From the NCBI GenBank assembly GCA_963750165.1, contig CAVVPN010000011.1:1632001-1696000 (forward strand): a DNA stretch of 64,000 bases, written 5' to 3'. Source of the DNA: an uncultured Gemmataceae bacterium. GTDB taxonomy: Bacteria > Planctomycetota > Planctomycetia > Gemmatales > Gemmataceae. Position numbers and translations under genes: made by a program. Below the pieces are notes generated by a model. It worked only from the letters and a program-made list of their open reading frames with translations. It was not told where the DNA came from and did not search any database. Below are positions 8,726 to 18,350 of the stretch, in pieces (positions within the stretch are counted from its first letter, which is position 1; every line of letters starts with the position of its first letter).

Positions 8726-9868
8726 ATGGACCCCATCTACCTCGACGCCAACGCGACCACCCCCGTCCTGCCGGCCGTCCTCGACGCCATGGCGCCGTAC
8801 TTCACGGCCGTGGCCGGCAACCCCGCCAGCAGCCACGCCGTCGGTCGCCGCGCCCGTCAGGCGCTTGAAGACGCCCGCGATCGCACCGCTGCGCTCCTCG
8901 GCGCCGACGCTGATGAGGTCATCTTCACCAGCGGCGCCACCGAGGCCAACAACCTCGCCGTCTTCGGCCTTGCCGGCCCGGCCCCTGGCCACCTGATCGC
9001 CAGTCCACTCGAACACCCCTGCGTGACTGAACCGCTGCGCCACCTGGCCGGCACCGGGTTCGCACTGGATTGGTTACCGGTCGATGCCGACGGCCGGGTC
9101 CGCGCGGAGGCGCTGCCGGGACTGCTGCGGCCCGACACGCGGCTGGTGAGCGTCTTGCTGGCCAACCACGAAACGGGAGCCGTGCAGCCGGTCGCGGAGG
9201 TGGCGGCGCTGGCGGCCCGTGCCGCGGTCCACTGCGATGCCGCCGCTGCCGCCGGCAAGTTACCGGTGCGCTTCCACCACCTCGGCGTGACCGCCCTGAC
9301 CGTGAGCGGGCATAAATTCCACGCACCCAAGGGCATCGGGGCGCTGCTGCTGCGCCGGCACACGTCGCTGCGGCCGCAGCTGTTCGGCGGCCACCAGCAG
9401 CAGGGCCGGCGGCCCGGCACCGAGCCGGTGGCACTGGTGGTCGGCCTGGCCGCGGCGCTCGAACTGGCGGAGCGCGACCGGGAACACCGCACCGCCCACG
9501 TGCTAGGCTTGCGGCGTCGCTTCCTGGAGCGCTTGCGGACTGAGGCGGCCCCGGTGGTGCTGAACGGGCCGGCCGAGGGCGGGGTGCCGCACACCTTGAA
9601 CCTGTCGTTCCCGGGCTGCCGGGCGGACCTGCTGTTGATGAGCCTGGACCTGGCGGGCGTGGCGTGCTCGACCGGCTCGGCGTGTTCGAGCGGTTCGCTG
9701 CTGCCCTCGCCGGTATTGCAAGCGATGGCGGTGCCGCCGGAGCGCCTGCACACCGCCCTACGCTTCAGCCTGAGTTTTTTGCTGAGCGCCACGGAAATCG
9801 ACGAGGCGGCGGCCCGGGTGGCGGTGGTGGTGCGGCGACTCCGTGAAGGGCAGGGCTCCGGCGCTTGA
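8726..9868 (+). CDS. iscS: Cysteine desulfurase (IscS/NifS group I)
   Basis: YLDANATT, FTSGATEANN, SGHKFHAPKG, STGSACSSG. Confidence 0.92.
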   Translation: MDPIYLDANATTPVLPAVLDAMAPYFTAVAGNPASSHAVGRRARQALEDARDRTAALLGADADEVIFTSGATEANNLAVFGLAGPAPGHLIASPLEHPCVTEPLRHLAGTGFALDWLPVDADGRVRAEALPGLLRPDTRLVSVLLANHETGAVQPVAEVAALAARAAVHCDAAAAAGKLPVRFHHLGVTALTVSGHKFHAPKGIGALLLRRHTSLRPQLFGGHQQQGRRPGTEPVALVVGLAAALELAERDREHRTAHVLGLRRRFLERLRTEAAPVVLNGPAEGGVPHTLNLSFPGCRADLLLMSLDLAGVACSTGSACSSGSLLPSPVLQAMAVPPERLHTALRFSLSFLLSATEIDEAAARVAVVVRRLREGQGSGA

Positions 9869-10061
9869 TGGTGGCGGGGCCGGGTTCGCCCTGGGAAAAA
9901 AATGGATTGGGGAATTTTTTCCTTTTGCTTTTATGAGAAATGGCTTAGAATTTCCATAATCATCATTTTTCGTGCAGTAGGCAAGCACCGGACATTGCCG
10001 CATTTAACACATATTCCGAGAAGCTCCTGTGCTCTCACCTTTTCCCTCAGGAGGTCTTGTC

Positions 10062-11030
<969 letters not shown>

Positions 11031-11099
11031 CCCCCGCCGCGGGCGGGGCCGATTTTGGCCCCGCCCGCTCGCGCCAGCGATCCGCAGGAGTTTTTGTCC

Positions 11100-11528
11100 A
11101 TGACCTCTCCCACTTCCCTGCCCCGGTTCCTGGCCGTGGCCGCCGCCGTCGCCCTGGCCCTGGTGGCCGGCTGCGACACGGGCCCCCGCTCCGCCGTGGA
11201 AGGCACCGTCACTTACGACGGCCAACCAGTGGACGTCGGCGGCATCGCGTTCATCCCCATCGGCAGCGATGCCGAGGGACGTGTCCGCGCCACCGGACCG
11301 ATCAAGGACGGCCATTACGAACTGGACAGTCGCAAAGGCCCACTCCCTGGCAACTATCGGGTCGAGATCACCTGGCAGAAAAAGACCGGCAAAAAGGTCA
11401 CCATCGAGTTCGGGCACAAGAAGGACGAGACCGTCCAGGTCATCCCGGACAAGTACAACACGAAATCGGAGTTGACCGTCGAGATCAAGCCGGGCCGCAA
11501 CACGCTTCCGTTCGACCTCAATAAGTAA
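11100..11528 (+). CDS. Lipoprotein partner of DUF1559 (carboxypeptidase regulatory-like fold)
   Basis: LVAGC lipobox, VEGTVTYDGQPV, PGNYRVEI, IPDKYN. Confidence 0.88.
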   Translation: MTSPTSLPRFLAVAAAVALALVAGCDTGPRSAVEGTVTYDGQPVDVGGIAFIPIGSDAEGRVRATGPIKDGHYELDSRKGPLPGNYRVEITWQKKTGKKVTIEFGHKKDETVQVIPDKYNTKSELTVEIKPGRNTLPFDLNK

Positions 11529-11553
11529 TGCCGCCTCCGGTCGCGCGGCGCAG

Positions 11554-12405
11554 TCAAGGCAGCTTGCCCTCGTCGCGCAGCCGATACCACGTCCCGTGCA
11601 GCCGGCACAGTTCCTTCGGCCCCAACTCCTTGCCGTAATAGGCCGACAGGTCTGGTTCCTGTTTGCCCGCCTCGAAGTCAGCGACGTAGCGCTGCACCGT
11701 CGGCCGGGGACAGTTCGTCTCCTGCTGAATCTGTTCGGCGCCGGCGCCCTGGGCGTGCCGCGCCAGCACGAGCAGCAGTTTGCCCTTGGCAATGCGGCGC
11801 GGCTCGCTCAGGAAGCGGTACGTCCGCAGCAGATAACGCGGCGGCTCCGGGGCTTTCGGGTTCGCCTTCTTCAGCGTCAGGCCGACGCGGGCCGAGCGGC
11901 ACAGTTCCCTGTGCGGCAGGTCCGAGGCCAGCTCCAGTCGCAGCGGGTTGCCCACCTCCCAGGCGAGCCGTTCGGCGATCACCTTGTCCAGCGCCGAAAC
12001 CGTCGCGGCGCCGGTCGCGTCCAGCAGGTGATCGACCAGCAGCGACGGGCCATCGACCAGGGTGCCGTCGGGCTTTTCCAGACCGCGGAACAAAATGCCG
12101 GCGTGCGCCTGGGCGGTGCCGAAGGTCAGGTCCACGCCCTTGAAACTGCCGCTGCGGTAGACGCCGCCGGTGCGGTGGAAGTACCAGCGGCCGGTATGCA
12201 CCTGCATGGGATCGCGGTGCGCAAAACGGTCGGGGTGCTCGGGGCCGTGGTAGTAAAACTCGATCTCGGTGAGGCGGTATGGCACGCCGCCCGCCACCAG
12301 CCGCGTGCCGTTCAGCAGCACGTCGGCGCTGTCCGCGAACCAGTCCTCGAAGCCCGCGTCCTGCAACCTGTCCGGTTTGCGTAGCACGTCCAGCCAGTCC
12401 GCCAT
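11554..12405 (-). CDS. Hypothetical protein with methylpurine-DNA glycosylase-like fold
   Basis: RLTEIEFYY..D...H, GILFRGLE, DGPSLL and SARVGL parallel the MPG motifs (IVETEAY, VLIRA, GPGKL, RIGI). Confidence 0.55.
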   Translation of the reverse strand: MADWLDVLRKPDRLQDAGFEDWFADSADVLLNGTRLVAGGVPYRLTEIEFYYHGPEHPDRFAHRDPMQVHTGRWYFHRTGGVYRSGSFKGVDLTFGTAQAHAGILFRGLEKPDGTLVDGPSLLVDHLLDATGAATVSALDKVIAERLAWEVGNPLRLELASDLPHRELCRSARVGLTLKKANPKAPEPPRYLLRTYRFLSEPRRIAKGKLLLVLARHAQGAGAEQIQQETNCPRPTVQRYVADFEAGKQEPDLSAYYGKELGPKELCRLHGTWYRLRDEGKLP

Positions 12406-12407
12406 GC

Positions 12408-12896
12408 TCAGCCCTCCGCTGGTTGGCCGCCGTGGTTGGCGACGCCCGCCCCGGTCTGCAACAATCCCCGCCGCTCCACCGCGTCCTTGAGCGCCGCCAG
12501 ACGCCGGCGCGTGTCGCGGGCGAATACCCAGCCCAGCAGCGGCGTCAGCCAGCGCGGCCGCCCCTGCAAATGGTAGCGAAAATCGACGCGCGTGCGGCCG
12601 TCGGGCTGTTCCTCGAAGCGCCAGGAGCCGGCGAACGCCGCCAGGAACCACGGCCCGCGCGTCATCTTGACGGCGGTGACCGTCGGCGGCACAAACGAGA
12701 CATACTCGGTTTCCATCGCGAAGCCGCTGCGGGCGACACAGTTGGCCCGGACACCGACGCCCGGCCCGGTCGCGCCGCCGAGCAGGTTGGCGGCCTTCAG
12801 GAACGGATCCCACTCCAGGCGGCGGCCGTAGTCCTGCGTCAGCGCGAACAGCTCCGCGGCGGGGGCGGCGATCAGCACATGATGCTCGAAGGTCAT
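12408..12896 (-). CDS. SRPBCC / polyketide cyclase-dehydrase family protein
   Basis: IAAPAAELFALTQDY..RLEWDPF, GPWFLAAFAGSWRF. Confidence 0.85.
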   Translation of the reverse strand: MTFEHHVLIAAPAAELFALTQDYGRRLEWDPFLKAANLLGGATGPGVGVRANCVARSGFAMETEYVSFVPPTVTAVKMTRGPWFLAAFAGSWRFEEQPDGRTRVDFRYHLQGRPRWLTPLLGWVFARDTRRRLAALKDAVERRGLLQTGAGVANHGGQPAEG

Positions 12897-12919
12897 GGGA
12901 GTACCCCCACCAGAAAACG

Positions 12920-13828
12920 TCAGGATTTCTTCCGCCGCGGGCTGCGTCGCGGCGGCCCAAGCAGTTCCTGCCAGCTGCTCGCGGTCAGCAGGCGTTCGCC
13001 CAGGTCCTCCAGTTGCTTCAGGTCAGTCACGGCTTCCAGGGCGGCGGTCGTTTGCGCGTCGGGCAAGCCGAAGCGTCTGCTGCCCAGTCGGAGCAACATT
13101 TTTTGGGCTTCCTCCACGGCGCCCTCGATTTTGCCCTCGATTTTGCCCTCGTCCTTACCCTTCTGCAGGATAAATTGGTACGACGCCGAATCTTCCAGCC
13201 AGTCCAGTTGCTCGAACATTTTTTGGTACACCTCCAACGAGAAACGGATGCCGGCCAGCAAGTACGCGGCCGCCCACAACTTTGGCGCCACGTCCCGCAA
13301 GGACCTGTGACTCAACCTCTCTCGAATCCGCGCGACGACGGCGGGGAACTCCGCCTCGGTCGTCGCGCTAATCACGGCGAGCGGCAGGGTGGCCGCGCCG
13401 CCCGCCAGGATCTGGGCCGGCGGCACCTGCCAGACGCGCACGACGCTGTAGCCGAACACCAGGTACGGCTGCTCCCCCTGAAAACCGAACCGCCACTCTC
13501 CACTTAACCCGGGCGAGTCGGCCGCGGGTCGTATCAGCACCGCCACGCTGCGCACCGGCAGCCGGTGCCGGTGGACGAGCAGGGCGTTGTGCGCGTGCAG
13601 CAGTGCAGGCAATTGGGCCGCGTCGTGCCCGGCGACGAACTCCAGGTGCAGCAAGTACGTCTCGGCGCCCTGGACGCGCAACCCCTTGTCGGCGGCGCCG
13701 CTCACGGTGGCCACGTCCGCGTCGATGACCTCGGTCGGTGCCGCCGGCAAGCCGAGAAACACCGGCCAATCCGCGGGCCTGACCTCCACCAAGTCCTTCA
13801 AAGCGGCATCGAACTGCTGGGAGGGCAC
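12920..13828 (-). CDS. Rpn family PD-(D/E)xK nuclease (RpnC/YadD-like)
   Basis: FDAALKDL, GAADK, LLHLEF, LPVRSVAVLI, VVRVWQ, YQFILQKG-EGKIEG repeats, RRFG tail. Confidence 0.85.
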   Translation of the reverse strand: MPSQQFDAALKDLVEVRPADWPVFLGLPAAPTEVIDADVATVSGAADKGLRVQGAETYLLHLEFVAGHDAAQLPALLHAHNALLVHRHRLPVRSVAVLIRPAADSPGLSGEWRFGFQGEQPYLVFGYSVVRVWQVPPAQILAGGAATLPLAVISATTEAEFPAVVARIRERLSHRSLRDVAPKLWAAAYLLAGIRFSLEVYQKMFEQLDWLEDSASYQFILQKGKDEGKIEGKIEGAVEEAQKMLLRLGSRRFGLPDAQTTAALEAVTDLKQLEDLGERLLTASSWQELLGPPRRSPRRKKS

Positions 13829-13831
13829 TCG

Positions 13832-15832
13832 TCACTTCCTCAGGTTGAATGCGCGCAGTTTGCCGCCGTCCCGCGCGAACAACAGCCCGTGCGCCAGCGC
13901 GATCTGCGCCCGGCACGGTGGCGCGTCGAACACCGCTGCCCGTGCCGTCTCGCGATACGCCGTCGGCGTCGCCTCGAACGCCACCAGTTCGCCCTTCTCC
14001 GTCAGGACAATCACGCGGCCGTCCACCAAAATCATCGAACCGCAGCCGAAATCCTCCTTCGTCCAGCGTACCTTACCGGTTCGCAGCTCAATGCAGCGCA
14101 GCCGCGGCCCCGCCTCCTGGCGACCGTCGAAGCCGTACAGGAAGCCATCGTGCAGCATGCAGGTGTTGTAATGGTTCGACATGATGTCCTCGCCCGACCA
14201 GACTGTTTCGACCTTGCCACCGGCCACGCGCAGCGCCAGCGCCCCCGTCTCGTAGCTGGCGGAGAAGAACAGCAGGTCACCGGCCGTCAGCGGCGTCGCG
14301 GCGTTGACGCTGGCGGCGTAGCGTGCCCGCCAGCGCTGCCGGTGCAGCACCTTGCCGTCCTGCGGGTCGAGGATGACCACGCCCTCGCGCGTCAGGAACA
14401 CCGCCCGCCGCCGGCCGTCCAGCGTGACCGCGACCGGCGACGAATAGCTGGCCCCGTCCTGCGTGGCCCGCCACACCTCCTTGCCGCTCTTGCGGTCGAA
14501 GGCCACGATGCCCGCGTCCTTCGCCCCAACGTTGACCAGCACCCGGTCGCCCTCGACCAGCGGCGACGTGCCGACGCCGAAGAAGCTCGGCGGCACCTTG
14601 TATTCCTTGTGCAGTGCCCGGCCCCAGACCTTCTTGCCGGTCGCCAGGTCCAGGCAGTGCAGCGTGCCGGCGGCGCCCAGCGTGTAGACGTGGCCGCCGA
14701 CGATCACCGGTGTGGACCGTGGGCCGTTGCCCTTGCCGTAACTGTCCTCGTAAGCGGTCGGGTACGCGAACTTCCACAGCGCCCCCCCGGTGCGCGCGTT
14801 GACGGCCTCGACAACCTCCTCGTTGCCGACGCGGTGGAACAGGATCAGCCGGTCGCCCTGCACCACTGGACCGCTGTAGCCGGCGCCAACGTCGCGCTGC
14901 CACAGCAGCGGCGGTCCCTTGGCGGGCCACGTCAATTGCAGTCCCTTGGTCGGCGAGACGCCATCGCGGTTCGGGCCCAGGAACTGCGGCCAGTCGGCGC
15001 TCACCGGCTGGGCCGGCTGTGGCGCAGGCATCGGCTTCGCCTTCGCCTTGACGCAGCGGAAGCCCACGCCATCGTCGGCGCTGTCCGCCGGGGCGCGGCG
15101 GCGCGCGGCGCTGGCGCAGTCGTCCGCCCGGTCCTTCCACGAGCCGCCGCGGATGACGCGCTCGTTGGTCTTGCCCAGGCGCGGGCTGCCGTCGGTGGGC
15201 GTGCCCTTGAGGTCGGTGTGCCAGGCGTCGGCGCACCACTCCCAGACGTAGCCGTGCATGTCATACAGGCCCCACGGGTTCGGCTTCTTGGCACCGACCG
15301 GCGGGTCATTGCCCTTGGCGTTGCCGGTGAACCAGGCATAGCCGCCCAGGTCCGCAGCGGCGTCGCCGAAGCTGTATTTGGTTGTGGTGCCGGCACGGCA
15401 AGCGTATTCCCACTCCGCCTCACTCGGCAGGCGAATCTCCTCGCCGTCGCGCAGCAATTCGAGCCGGCGCAGTTCCGCGGTGACCTTGCGGCAGAACTCG
15501 TTGGCGTCGTCCCAGGTGATTTTCTCGACGGAGTTGCGCGGCCCCTTCCAGCGGCTGGGGTTGACGCCCATGATGGCCTGGTAGAGTTCCTGCGTCACCT
15601 CGTATTTGCCGATGGCGAAGGGGGACTTGAACGTCACCCGAACGGACGCCCCGGGCGTGCCCATCTTGAAGGTCGCGGGGAATTTGTCCGTGCCGGGTGT
15701 CAGCGGCACGAACTCGTCGTGGAAGCGCTTGAGGATGGCGTCCTTGGTTTTTTCCTGGCCGCCAGCCGGCGGCGCGGCGGCGCCGAGCGCCAGCAGGGTC
15801 ACGGCGATGAGGGTCAGCCTGGGTGCGTGCAT
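13832..15832 (-). CDS. Secreted FGE-sulfatase (SUMF1) domain fused to a PQQ/BamB-like beta-propeller
   Basis: YEVTQ, RLPSEAEWEYACRAG, NPWGLYDMHG, RGGSW, GFRC; then DWPQFLGPNRDG and YSSPV. Confidence 0.9.
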   Translation of the reverse strand: MHAPRLTLIAVTLLALGAAAPPAGGQEKTKDAILKRFHDEFVPLTPGTDKFPATFKMGTPGASVRVTFKSPFAIGKYEVTQELYQAIMGVNPSRWKGPRNSVEKITWDDANEFCRKVTAELRRLELLRDGEEIRLPSEAEWEYACRAGTTTKYSFGDAAADLGGYAWFTGNAKGNDPPVGAKKPNPWGLYDMHGYVWEWCADAWHTDLKGTPTDGSPRLGKTNERVIRGGSWKDRADDCASAARRRAPADSADDGVGFRCVKAKAKPMPAPQPAQPVSADWPQFLGPNRDGVSPTKGLQLTWPAKGPPLLWQRDVGAGYSGPVVQGDRLILFHRVGNEEVVEAVNARTGGALWKFAYPTAYEDSYGKGNGPRSTPVIVGGHVYTLGAAGTLHCLDLATGKKVWGRALHKEYKVPPSFFGVGTSPLVEGDRVLVNVGAKDAGIVAFDRKSGKEVWRATQDGASYSSPVAVTLDGRRRAVFLTREGVVILDPQDGKVLHRQRWRARYAASVNAATPLTAGDLLFFSASYETGALALRVAGGKVETVWSGEDIMSNHYNTCMLHDGFLYGFDGRQEAGPRLRCIELRTGKVRWTKEDFGCGSMILVDGRVIVLTEKGELVAFEATPTAYRETARAAVFDAPPCRAQIALAHGLLFARDGGKLRAFNLRK

Positions 15833-15996
15833 TGGCTGTCTCCGACAGGGTGTGGGGTCGCTCCCTGGCCATTTTACCCGCCCCTGTCGGGAATGCCACG
15901 CTCCTCCAGGCCGGCGGACGTGATTGCTAGCGCGGTTCGCAGGCGGAGCGCGCACGGGTGGGGCGGCGGGCACGGCTTGACCACCAGCGGCCTGCA

Positions 15997-16175
15997 TTGC
16001 CACAGCAAGGGGGCCAAGGAGGCCAAGGGGGCCAACTTTTTCATACGTCGAGAATCGGCGCCCTGGCTCCGTATGGGTGGCACGGCGCGACAGCCATCGG
16101 CGGCGGTTGCCACAGCAAGGACGCCAAGAACGCCAAGGACGCCAACTTTTTCATACGTCGAGATGCGGCGCCTGG
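15997..16175 (+). repeat. Two copies of a 70-bp dispersed repeat (GCCAAG triplet plus CTTTTTCATACGTCGAGA)
   Basis: 15997-16066 and 16107-16175; reverse-strand copies at 34379-34436 and 34489-34528. Confidence 0.85.
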
Positions 16176-16247
16176 CAGCGCGGGCTTGCCGTTCGTGGTC
16201 CTTACGACGGCAAACTGCTCCAATCCCGTGCGCTTTACCCGCGCGGG

Positions 16248-16293
16248 GCCGATTTATCGGTTCGCGCACGCCAGCGCGAACCGATAAATCGGC
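16248..16293. repeat. Palindromic element / possible terminator downstream of ferredoxin
   Basis: GCCGATTTATCGGTTCGCGC...GCGCGAACCGATAAATCGGC; same family as 20179-20230. Confidence 0.75.
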
Positions 16294-16331
16294 AGCGGGG
16301 GCGAACGCGCCAGGCAACTCCGTCCGGGCGC

Positions 16332-16634
16332 CTAGCCCCGGCAGCCCGGCCCTTTCTTCGGCTCCTGCTGCTCCGTGATATGCCCGCCGGTCTCCTTGAG
16401 CGCAGCCGCGCGCTCGGCGTTGAGCTGGAGGAAGGACGCCCACTGGCCCGGCACGTCGGCCTCCGCGAAGATCGCCTCAACCGGGCACTCCGGCACACAG
16501 GCCCCGCAATCGATGCACTCAACGGGGTCAATGAACAGCATGCGCTCGTCCTGGTAAAAGCATTCGCACGGACAGATCGCCACACAGTCGGTGTACTTGC
16601 AGTCCAGGCACGGCTCGCAAACAACGTAAGTCAT
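16332..16634 (-). CDS. 7Fe-type ferredoxin (FdxA-like)
   Basis: MTYVVCEPCLDCKYTDCVAICPCECF...CIDCGACVPECPVEAIF. Confidence 0.93.
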   Translation of the reverse strand: MTYVVCEPCLDCKYTDCVAICPCECFYQDERMLFIDPVECIDCGACVPECPVEAIFAEADVPGQWASFLQLNAERAAALKETGGHITEQQEPKKGPGCRG

Positions 16635-16683
16635 GGCACGGCTCCTTTCACCTGGGCGAATCGCAAAACCCGGCCGTGCTGAT

Positions 16684-16699
16684 AGCGAGTGCCGTGCCG
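16684..16699 (-). promoter_or_regulatory. Sigma54 (-24/-12) promoter for ferredoxin
   Basis: CGGCACG-GCAC-TCGCT (GG-N10-GC) 50 bp upstream of ATG; enhancer-binding protein gene adjacent. Confidence 0.55.
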
Positions 16700-16841
16700 G
16701 GCGCGGTCCGAGCCTTGCGCATTGGGCCGAAGATCAGCCTGACAGGTCAGTTGCGGCCGTCGAGCGCCGGCCCGGTCGCCCGGCACGGCAACGCCGGACG
16801 ACGCGATTTGGTTGGAACAACCGGGGCGCGTCGTCGCGCGG

Positions 16842-17918
16842 TCACGGGGAAGGCGGGCGCCGGGGGATGTGGTGCTTTCGCATCTTGCCGTACAGCGTGG
16901 TCGGCTTGAGCCCAAGAGAAGCCGCGGCGCCGTCCGGGCCGTAGACCTTCCCCCGACAGCGGGCCAGCGCCTCCACGATGGCGCGCCGCTCCAGTTCTGC
17001 CAGCGTCGGCCGCTCCCCGGCGTCGGTCGTGGCCCGCACCGGTTGCAGCCAGTGCGGGTCGAACGCCAGCATCTCGCCCTCGGTGACGATCATGGCACGC
17101 TCGATGAGGTTTTCCAGTTCGCGCACGTTGCCCGGCCACGGATAAGCCGTCAGCGCCTCCAGCGTGGGGGTGCTGACAGAGACCGCTTTGTTCAGGCGCC
17201 GGCCGAAGGTGTGCAGGAAATGACTGACCAGGTCCGGAATGTCCTCGCGGCGCTGGCGCAGCGGCGGGACGTGAATGGGAAAGACGTTCAGCCGGTAAAA
17301 CAGGTCCTCCCGGAAGCGACCAGCGCCGACGGCGGCGCCGAGGTCGCGGTGCGTGGCGGCGATGGCGCGGACATCCACGGGGATTGGTTCGCTGCCGCCG
17401 ACGCGCTCGATGATCCGCTCCTGCAGCACGCGCAGCAGCAGCACCTGCGTCTCTGCGGGCAGTTCGCCGACCTCGTCGAGGAAGATGGTGCCGCTGTGGG
17501 CCAACTCGAAGCGGCCGAGGCGGCGGCGGCTGGCGCCGGTGAAAGCGCCGGCCTCGTGGCCGAACAACTCACTGGCGATCAGGCCCGGCGCCAGGGCGGC
17601 GCAATGGACCGGCACCAGCAGGCGGTCGCGGCGCGGGCTGAGTTGGTGGATGGCGCGGACGACCAGTTCCTTGCCGGTGCCGGACTCGCCGAGGACCAGC
17701 ACGGTACTGTCGGTGTGGGCGACCTGTTGAATGGCGCGCCGCACCGTCTTCATCGCGGCGCTCCGGCCGGTGAGCGGCCGCAGGTCGCGCTCCGCCCGGA
17801 CCTCGTCGCGCAGGAAGGCCGTCTCGCGGCGATAGCGCTCCAGCTCCAACAGGCGCGCCTCCAGGTCGGCGACGCGGGCAACACGTTCGCGGCAGTGGGG
17901 GCATTCGGCGTCAGTCAT
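16842..17918 (-). CDS. Sigma54-dependent enhancer-binding activator lacking a sensory domain
   Basis: [42 protein letters not shown], Fis-type HTH. Confidence 0.92.
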   Translation of the reverse strand: MTDAECPHCRERVARVADLEARLLELERYRRETAFLRDEVRAERDLRPLTGRSAAMKTVRRAIQQVAHTDSTVLVLGESGTGKELVVRAIHQLSPRRDRLLVPVHCAALAPGLIASELFGHEAGAFTGASRRRLGRFELAHSGTIFLDEVGELPAETQVLLLRVLQERIIERVGGSEPIPVDVRAIAATHRDLGAAVGAGRFREDLFYRLNVFPIHVPPLRQRREDIPDLVSHFLHTFGRRLNKAVSVSTPTLEALTAYPWPGNVRELENLIERAMIVTEGEMLAFDPHWLQPVRATTDAGERPTLAELERRAIVEALARCRGKVYGPDGAAASLGLKPTTLYGKMRKHHIPRRPPSP

Positions 17919-18004
17919 TTTTCTCGGAGATTGTTTCCCTTCCCGGCACGGCGACGAGGGTCAGCCTGGAACTGCTCATGTCGGAACTCCGGCGGGTAAC
18001 AGCG

Positions 18005-18083
18005 TCACGTGGCACGGCTCTCCAGAGCCGTGTTTCCGCAGCATTTGGCTTGCTGCACGGCTCTGGAGAGCCGTGCCACGTGA
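18005..18083. repeat. REP-like inverted repeat pair
   Basis: TCACGTGGCACGGCTCTCCAGAGCCGTG...CACGGCTCTGGAGAGCCGTGCCACGTGA, perfect 28-bp arms. Confidence 0.85.
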
Positions 18084-18350
18084 GCATCTTGGCCGCCGGG
18101 GGAATAAGTGCATGGCTCCCCCAGGTGCTTCCAGAAATCAATTCTGATGCAGCGGGGAAAGCCGCAACGCATCCTCCCCTCTTGAAGGCCATTCTACCTC
18201 ACCAGGGGTGGGATGCCACGACTGATTCGGTCCACCAGCCGTGAGATCGGCGACACCGATTTACTGCATGGCATTCCACAGGCTGAGTCCGGTAGAATAC
18301 AAGAAGCAAGCGCCCTTGGGGTGCTGCTCCTACCTACCGGGGATTCTGTC

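Noticed and set aside
12920..13828. Rpn gene as an IS transposase
   Set aside because: No terminal repeats or target duplication, and the family is a PD-(D/E)xK nuclease.
15997..16175. Mini CRISPR array
   Set aside because: Only two 70-bp degenerate units and no cas genes.
13565..16378. Long antisense ORFs (937 aa here; also 10110-11792, 18369-20111, 20671-22446, 38538-40442)
   Set aside because: Shadow frames of real genes in high-GC DNA, with no motifs.
18010..18025. TGGCACG as a sigma54 promoter
   Set aside because: No -12 GC at the correct spacing. It is part of a REP palindrome.
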